From Octopus sinensis (Eukaryota), in assembly GCF_006345805.1 (NCBI RefSeq), contig NW_021825954.1, positions 1 to 13,805 of the forward strand: a DNA stretch of 13,805 nucleotides. The letters are read 5' to 3'. Each line of letters starts with the position of its first letter. Positions within the stretch are counted from its first letter, which is position 1. Positions 9,300 through 13,805 of this stretch are shown here, one piece after another. The notes beneath the pieces are model-generated. The model saw only the letters and a program-made list of their open reading frames with translations, searched no databases and was not told the origin of the DNA. The translations under genes were made by a program, and so were the position numbers.

Positions 9300-9545
9300 A
9301 ACATTAACTTAGGCATTGACTCGTAGCGCTTTGAACGTCGAAAATATGATCACTTTTCAACATGATTCTCGATAATAAGTCCCTTTGATCTCTCAACTTT
9401 TCTAATGCTGCAGCGTTTGTTACCCCGTCTTATTCTGTCCAATCTACGAAAGGTCCACATTTCGAATGTATCTAACGTCTTTTCCATTCCTATGTACATT
9501 ATCCATGTTTCGGCCCCGTACAGGACAAGTCATAATATCACAGTT
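9300..9545 (-). mobile_element. Decayed RTE-like LINE ORF2 C-terminal fragment
   Basis: Minus-strand translation VLYGAETWIMYIGMEKTLDTFEMWTFRRLDRI matches the RTE post-RT motif LLYG.ETW....E..L..FEMW..RR.LRI. Confidence 0.8.
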
Positions 9546-9792
9546 TACAAGATTCCATTTTCGATGCAATGGCGTCCGTTTATAGAACGTATAACGCCTT
9601 TCACTCCTCACCTTGTTCTTTTTAACAAATTAGCTGTTCCACCTCATATGTTTTCATTGTTACCCCACTGATTAATGTATCTTTGTATCTTTCCGTAACT
9701 TTTTTTAGATTCCGTGGTGGCTAATGAAGAAATCTTTTTTGCTTAGTTTTAGGCCGAACAACTCATTCAAGATAGAATCATACGATCTCAAT

Positions 9793-9880
9793 CTTTACCT
9801 TGTGTCTTTCATTAGACTACCGCCATGCAGGGAAACCGTCTTCAAGAACTATTTTGTCGAATGAATCGCCGCCAGTTATA
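9793..9880 (-). mobile_element. Old family A-type SINE 3' fragment
   Basis: TCATTAGACTACCGCCATGCAGGGAAACCGTC resembles TCATTTGACTACGGCCATGCTGGAGCACCGCC of copy 2. Confidence 0.6.
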
Positions 9881-10124
9881 ACACTTTTAAGTCAGTTTCT
9901 CCTTTGTAATATAAGATATGGCGAAAAGTCTACAAGGGAACATCATAATTATACTAAACAACCAAACACAGGCGACAGAAGGTGAGTTTCTTTATCTACT
10001 TATCGAATCGCCTGTATTTTCTGTACGAGCGTGTTTACGTTCGATACTACCGAACTACGTTTCACCATGATCGTTCGACTGACCCCACTGCATTACTACT
10101 ACGTATGTATACAGGGATAAACAA

Positions 10125-10300
10125 ATATATATGTAATGATATATATATATATATATATAGATTAATATATATATATATATATACATAATATAATATATAT
10201 ATATATTATATATATATATATAATATAATATATATATATATATTATATTCATATATATATATATATATATATATTAATATATTATATATATATATATATA
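10125..10300. repeat. Imperfect (TA)n microsatellite
   Basis: Direct reading. Confidence 0.95.
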
Positions 10301-10434
10301 AAAGTTCAGCAAAAATTTAGATTCGAATGAATATGGTACATAAGTTAGATGAACCAGAATTTTGAATGGTGTTATCCATAAAAATCCATGCGGTGATTAT
10401 AATCAAAATAAGCAACAAAATAACTTTGGTAATT

Positions 10435-10520
10435 TGGTATGATCGTTTCGTACTACATTATTTTATTTAATGTTGTAAGCATTACAACAGTTTTAAAATG
10501 CTGAGCACTCATCAGCCATT
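10435..10520 (-). ncRNA. Type I hammerhead ribozyme motif (minus strand)
   Basis: Minus strand: aaTGG-CTGATGA-GTGCT...AGTAC-GAAAC-GATC-ATA-CCA. Stem II is intact and extended by the TGTTGTAA/TTACAACA hairpin. There is a G>A change at the cleavage triplet. Confidence 0.75.
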
Positions 10521-10787
10521 ATTAGAGGTTTTCCATTAATACGTAATTTTCATATCAAGTGATAACCTTATATAGAAGACAGATATAGAGACAAAGATGT
10601 GGATTTAAATTTAAGAACATTTAAGGTAGTGGAGTTTATCAACTGACTGACTAATAGTCAGTTGCTCTGAACTACTATAATGTTCTGAGAAGAATGGACA
10701 AATGAAAGGGGACAACAAAGATTGTCTATTTATAGAAATAGGGGTGAAATAGATGTCAAAGTTCCATATAAAGAAAAACCTCTATCA

Positions 10788-10873
10788 ATGGCTGATGACT
10801 GCACAGTATTTTAAAACTGTTGTAATGCTTACAACATTTAATAAAATGATGTAGTACGAAACGATCGTACCAT
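10788..10873 (+). ncRNA. Type I hammerhead ribozyme motif (plus strand)
   Basis: ATGG-CTGATGA (10792-10798)-cTGCA...TGTAGTAC-GAAAC (10858-10862)-GATC-GTA-CCAT. Stem I, the palindromic stem III and the GUA site are intact. The first stem II pair is C-C. Confidence 0.78.
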
Positions 10874-11007
10874 GTTACCAAAGTTATTCTTGTTGCTTAT
10901 TTTGATAATATATATATATATGTACATATATTCATACACACACATACATACACACATATATATATATAGTTGGAATTTACAAACAATGGTATATAAATAT
11001 ATATACA

Positions 11008-11161
11008 TCATTATTATTATAATTATTATTATTATTTTCATCATTATTATTAATATTATTATTATCATTATTATTATATTATTATTATTATTATTATTAT
11101 TATATTATTATTATTATTATTATTATATTATCATTATTGTTATTATTATTATTATTATTAA

Positions 11162-11207
<46 letters not shown>

Positions 11208-11238
11208 ATTATTATTATTATCATTATTATTATCATTA

Positions 11239-11283
<45 letters not shown>
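11008..11283. repeat. Long imperfect (ATT)n microsatellite
   Basis: Direct reading. Confidence 0.95.
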
Positions 11284-11288
<5 letters not shown>

Positions 11289-11746
11289 GCTCAAATATAT
11301 AGAAAAAGATTGTTTCATACATATTTTATATATATAATATAATATGGATAGATCCGTATACATACACACATCTCAATAAGCATAGAAAAGTGATATATAA
11401 CCATATATATATATATATATATATATACAGAGAGAAAGAGGGAGAGAGGGAGGTAACTCTATACACAAACATATTGATGCATTTATTTACATAGAAACAC
11501 GCATATATACATGCACAAACACACACACCTATACACACGCAAATACACACTCCCATAATGTATACACAACCTACCTTACCTATGTAAAGTACATTTCTTT
11601 ATTCAGGTATGCTGAGTGATTTATTATTATGGATATAATTTATATAGGACTGTGTTTGCCTTTCGATGTCTCCGTGTGCGTTTCTGCGTCCACTTGCATC
11701 CATATCAGAATGTCTGTGGGAATTGTGTTCGTGGATGTGTGCGTAA

Positions 11747-11747
<1 letters not shown>

Positions 11748-11801
<54 letters not shown>

Positions 11802-11821
11802 CGTGTGCATATAAATATAGT

Positions 11822-11880
<59 letters not shown>

Positions 11881-11928
11881 CATATACATATTTGGTGTGT
11901 GTGTGTAATATATATATATATGTGTATG

Positions 11929-11984
<56 letters not shown>

Positions 11985-12270
11985 ATACATATTTTTCGTG
12001 TGTGTGGGTGTAATATATATAATAGTGTATGTGTATTATATCTATATATAATATATTATCCTTGTATATATATTCACACACATGAGCGCATATATATCTA
12101 CCTGTATGCATATGTATGCATATATACGTATATATGTATGTAATATAAATTGGGGGGGTGTATGTGTGTGCGTTTGCATGTGCACAGTGTGTGTGTATGT
12201 GTGTGCGTTTGCATGTGCACAGTGTGTGTGCGTGTGCATGTGTTGTGTGTGTGTGTGTGTGTGTACACTA
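11748..12270. repeat. Compound (TA)n/(GT)n low-complexity tract, including a ~34-bp duplicated GTGTATGTGTGTGCGTTTGCATGTGCACAGTGT unit
   Basis: Direct reading. Confidence 0.9.
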
Positions 12271-12529
12271 TATTAAAAAGCTCTGTTTACTCTCTGCTAT
12301 CTGCACTTCAGTATTAATTCTCATTGATTCATCTCATAGTTAACTGAATTATCTGCAAATCAATAGAACACTCTAAACGTTCTCTCTATACATGCACCCA
12401 AACATCTATGCTCCACTGCATCCTATCGCTCTCATTTCCTCTCTCTCTCTCTCTTCCATCTCTTTTACACAACGCAACATATATCACACTGTGTTCTTGC
12501 ATGTCTAAATAGACACATGTCTGTACAGT

Positions 12530-12560
12530 TATATAAATATATAAATATAAATATATGTGG

Positions 12561-12595
<35 letters not shown>

Positions 12596-12854
12596 TATAT
12601 ATATACATATAATATGTATAATTATATATAGACACATTCAACATAAAAAATATATATGATACTATAATGATATACATGCGTATTGAGCATGTTATTCCAT
12701 GTATGCAGCCATGTATGTGTGTGTTGTAAGTATGTATGATATATATATATATAAATGTCAACATATAAGTATATCCATAAATGTGTTATATGTGTACATC
12801 TATATCTATATATCTGTGTGTGTATGTATGTAGGTATGTATGTATGTATGTATG

Positions 12855-12885
<31 letters not shown>

Positions 12886-12965
12886 AATAATATATAAATA
12901 TATGTATATATACATATATATATGTACATACCTACATATATATGTATATATACATGCATATATGT
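12530..12965. repeat. Compound (TA)n/(TATG)n low-complexity tract
   Basis: Direct reading. Confidence 0.9.
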
Positions 12966-13805
12966 GTACAGGACATAAAAAAAAACGTTGAACACAATGA
13001 GAAACGAAAACATAAAAACAAAAACATAGAAACGAACTTTTTTTCATACAACGAAAAAAAAACAAGGAATTTTCCCCTTCTTCAGTTGTTCCTGTTTCAT
13101 CTACTCTGCGTTCGAATGTAAGAACAAGACGCGACTTGTTGAAATGGTCCTTCCCGCAAAGTAAATTAAATAAAATTCGGGATTTTTTGCGGAGGGTGAA
13201 AGTGGTAACAAGAACAGGACTGTAAGAACAATACAAAATTAAAAACAGTAAAATACAGAACAATTAGAACAAATGAGTAAAAACAAATGATGAAGGATGT
13301 TAAGCCAAGACGACGGGAAAATATTTTGAACGTTTAATGAGACAAGTTATGAAAGAGACAGGTTAAGCTGGTCTGGTCTTTGTGAAGGTAGCAGTCGAAA
13401 ATATGGCTTCCCTCTGATCACGTGTCAGTGACGAGAGAGTCGAGAAGGAGGAGGAGGGGGAAGAAGATAGAGGGAACGGTGAAGGAGAGAGGAGAAAAAT
13501 AAGGAAGGGCGAGAGAAAACTAGAAAGGGTGAAGAACAAGAGAGGGAGAGAGATAGACAGAAAAGAAATAGTAAAGAAGTGTGCTTTCCTACTTGTCTGT
13601 GCTTTGGTGTGTGTATGTGTGTGGTGTGTGTGGACACCCTCGCGTGTGGAGGACTAGGGTTTTATGAGTAAGTACACATTAATAAGCTTACGTCTTGCGT
13701 TTTCACGTTCCAGTGTGTGTGTGTGAAGTGTGCATGTACGTGTGTGTGTGCTGGTGAAAATTAGCACCCTCTATCTATTTAGTGACGACTGTACTTGTTG
13801 CTTTT

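Larger units (their letters stand above)
10301..10906. mobile_element. Foldback non-coding element with ~131-bp inverted arms each containing a hammerhead ribozyme motif
   Basis: 10402-10532 vs 10775-10906 inverted (about 10 substitutions plus 1 indel by hand). Central hairpin at 10640-10664. Embedded in (TA)n on both sides. Confidence 0.8.

Noticed and set aside
13050-13110. Minus-strand CTGAAGA followed by an AGGGGA/TTCCTT hairpin (possible hammerhead)
   Set aside because: No GAAA follows the hairpin, so the core is incomplete.
10838-13263. Many poly-I/Y/N/C-V ORFs
   Set aside because: They are translations of (TA)n, (ATT)n and (GT)n microsatellites.
13380-13805. Possible promoter (CACGTG E-box, purine-rich tract)
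   Set aside because: No linked gene or transcript evidence in the window.

Overview
AT-rich, microsatellite-dense eukaryotic non-coding DNA. It is most likely cephalopod (Octopus-like); this is inferred from remembered SINE sequences and not verified. I see no intact protein-coding gene: nearly all listed ORFs are microsatellite or SINE artefacts. The window is a nest of mobile elements. There are four clear copies and two old fragments of a tRNA-derived CORE-like SINE with an internal (TA)n, and three copies of a second tRNA-SINE. It also holds an internally deleted mariner transposase, a decayed R4/Dong-like LINE fragment, an RTE-like LINE fragment, a hAT-type end, and a 29-bp minisatellite inside an IR-bounded element. 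The most interesting signals are two ~0.6-0.7 kb (TA)n-embedded, non-coding elements with long inverted repeats and type I hammerhead ribozyme (HHR) motifs. The element at 10301-10906 carries HHRs on both strands within a near-complete foldback. The element at 2468-3189 has a CpG-decayed HHR and a 498-bp terminal redundancy. Both resemble non-autonomous Penelope-like or retrozyme-type retroelements.
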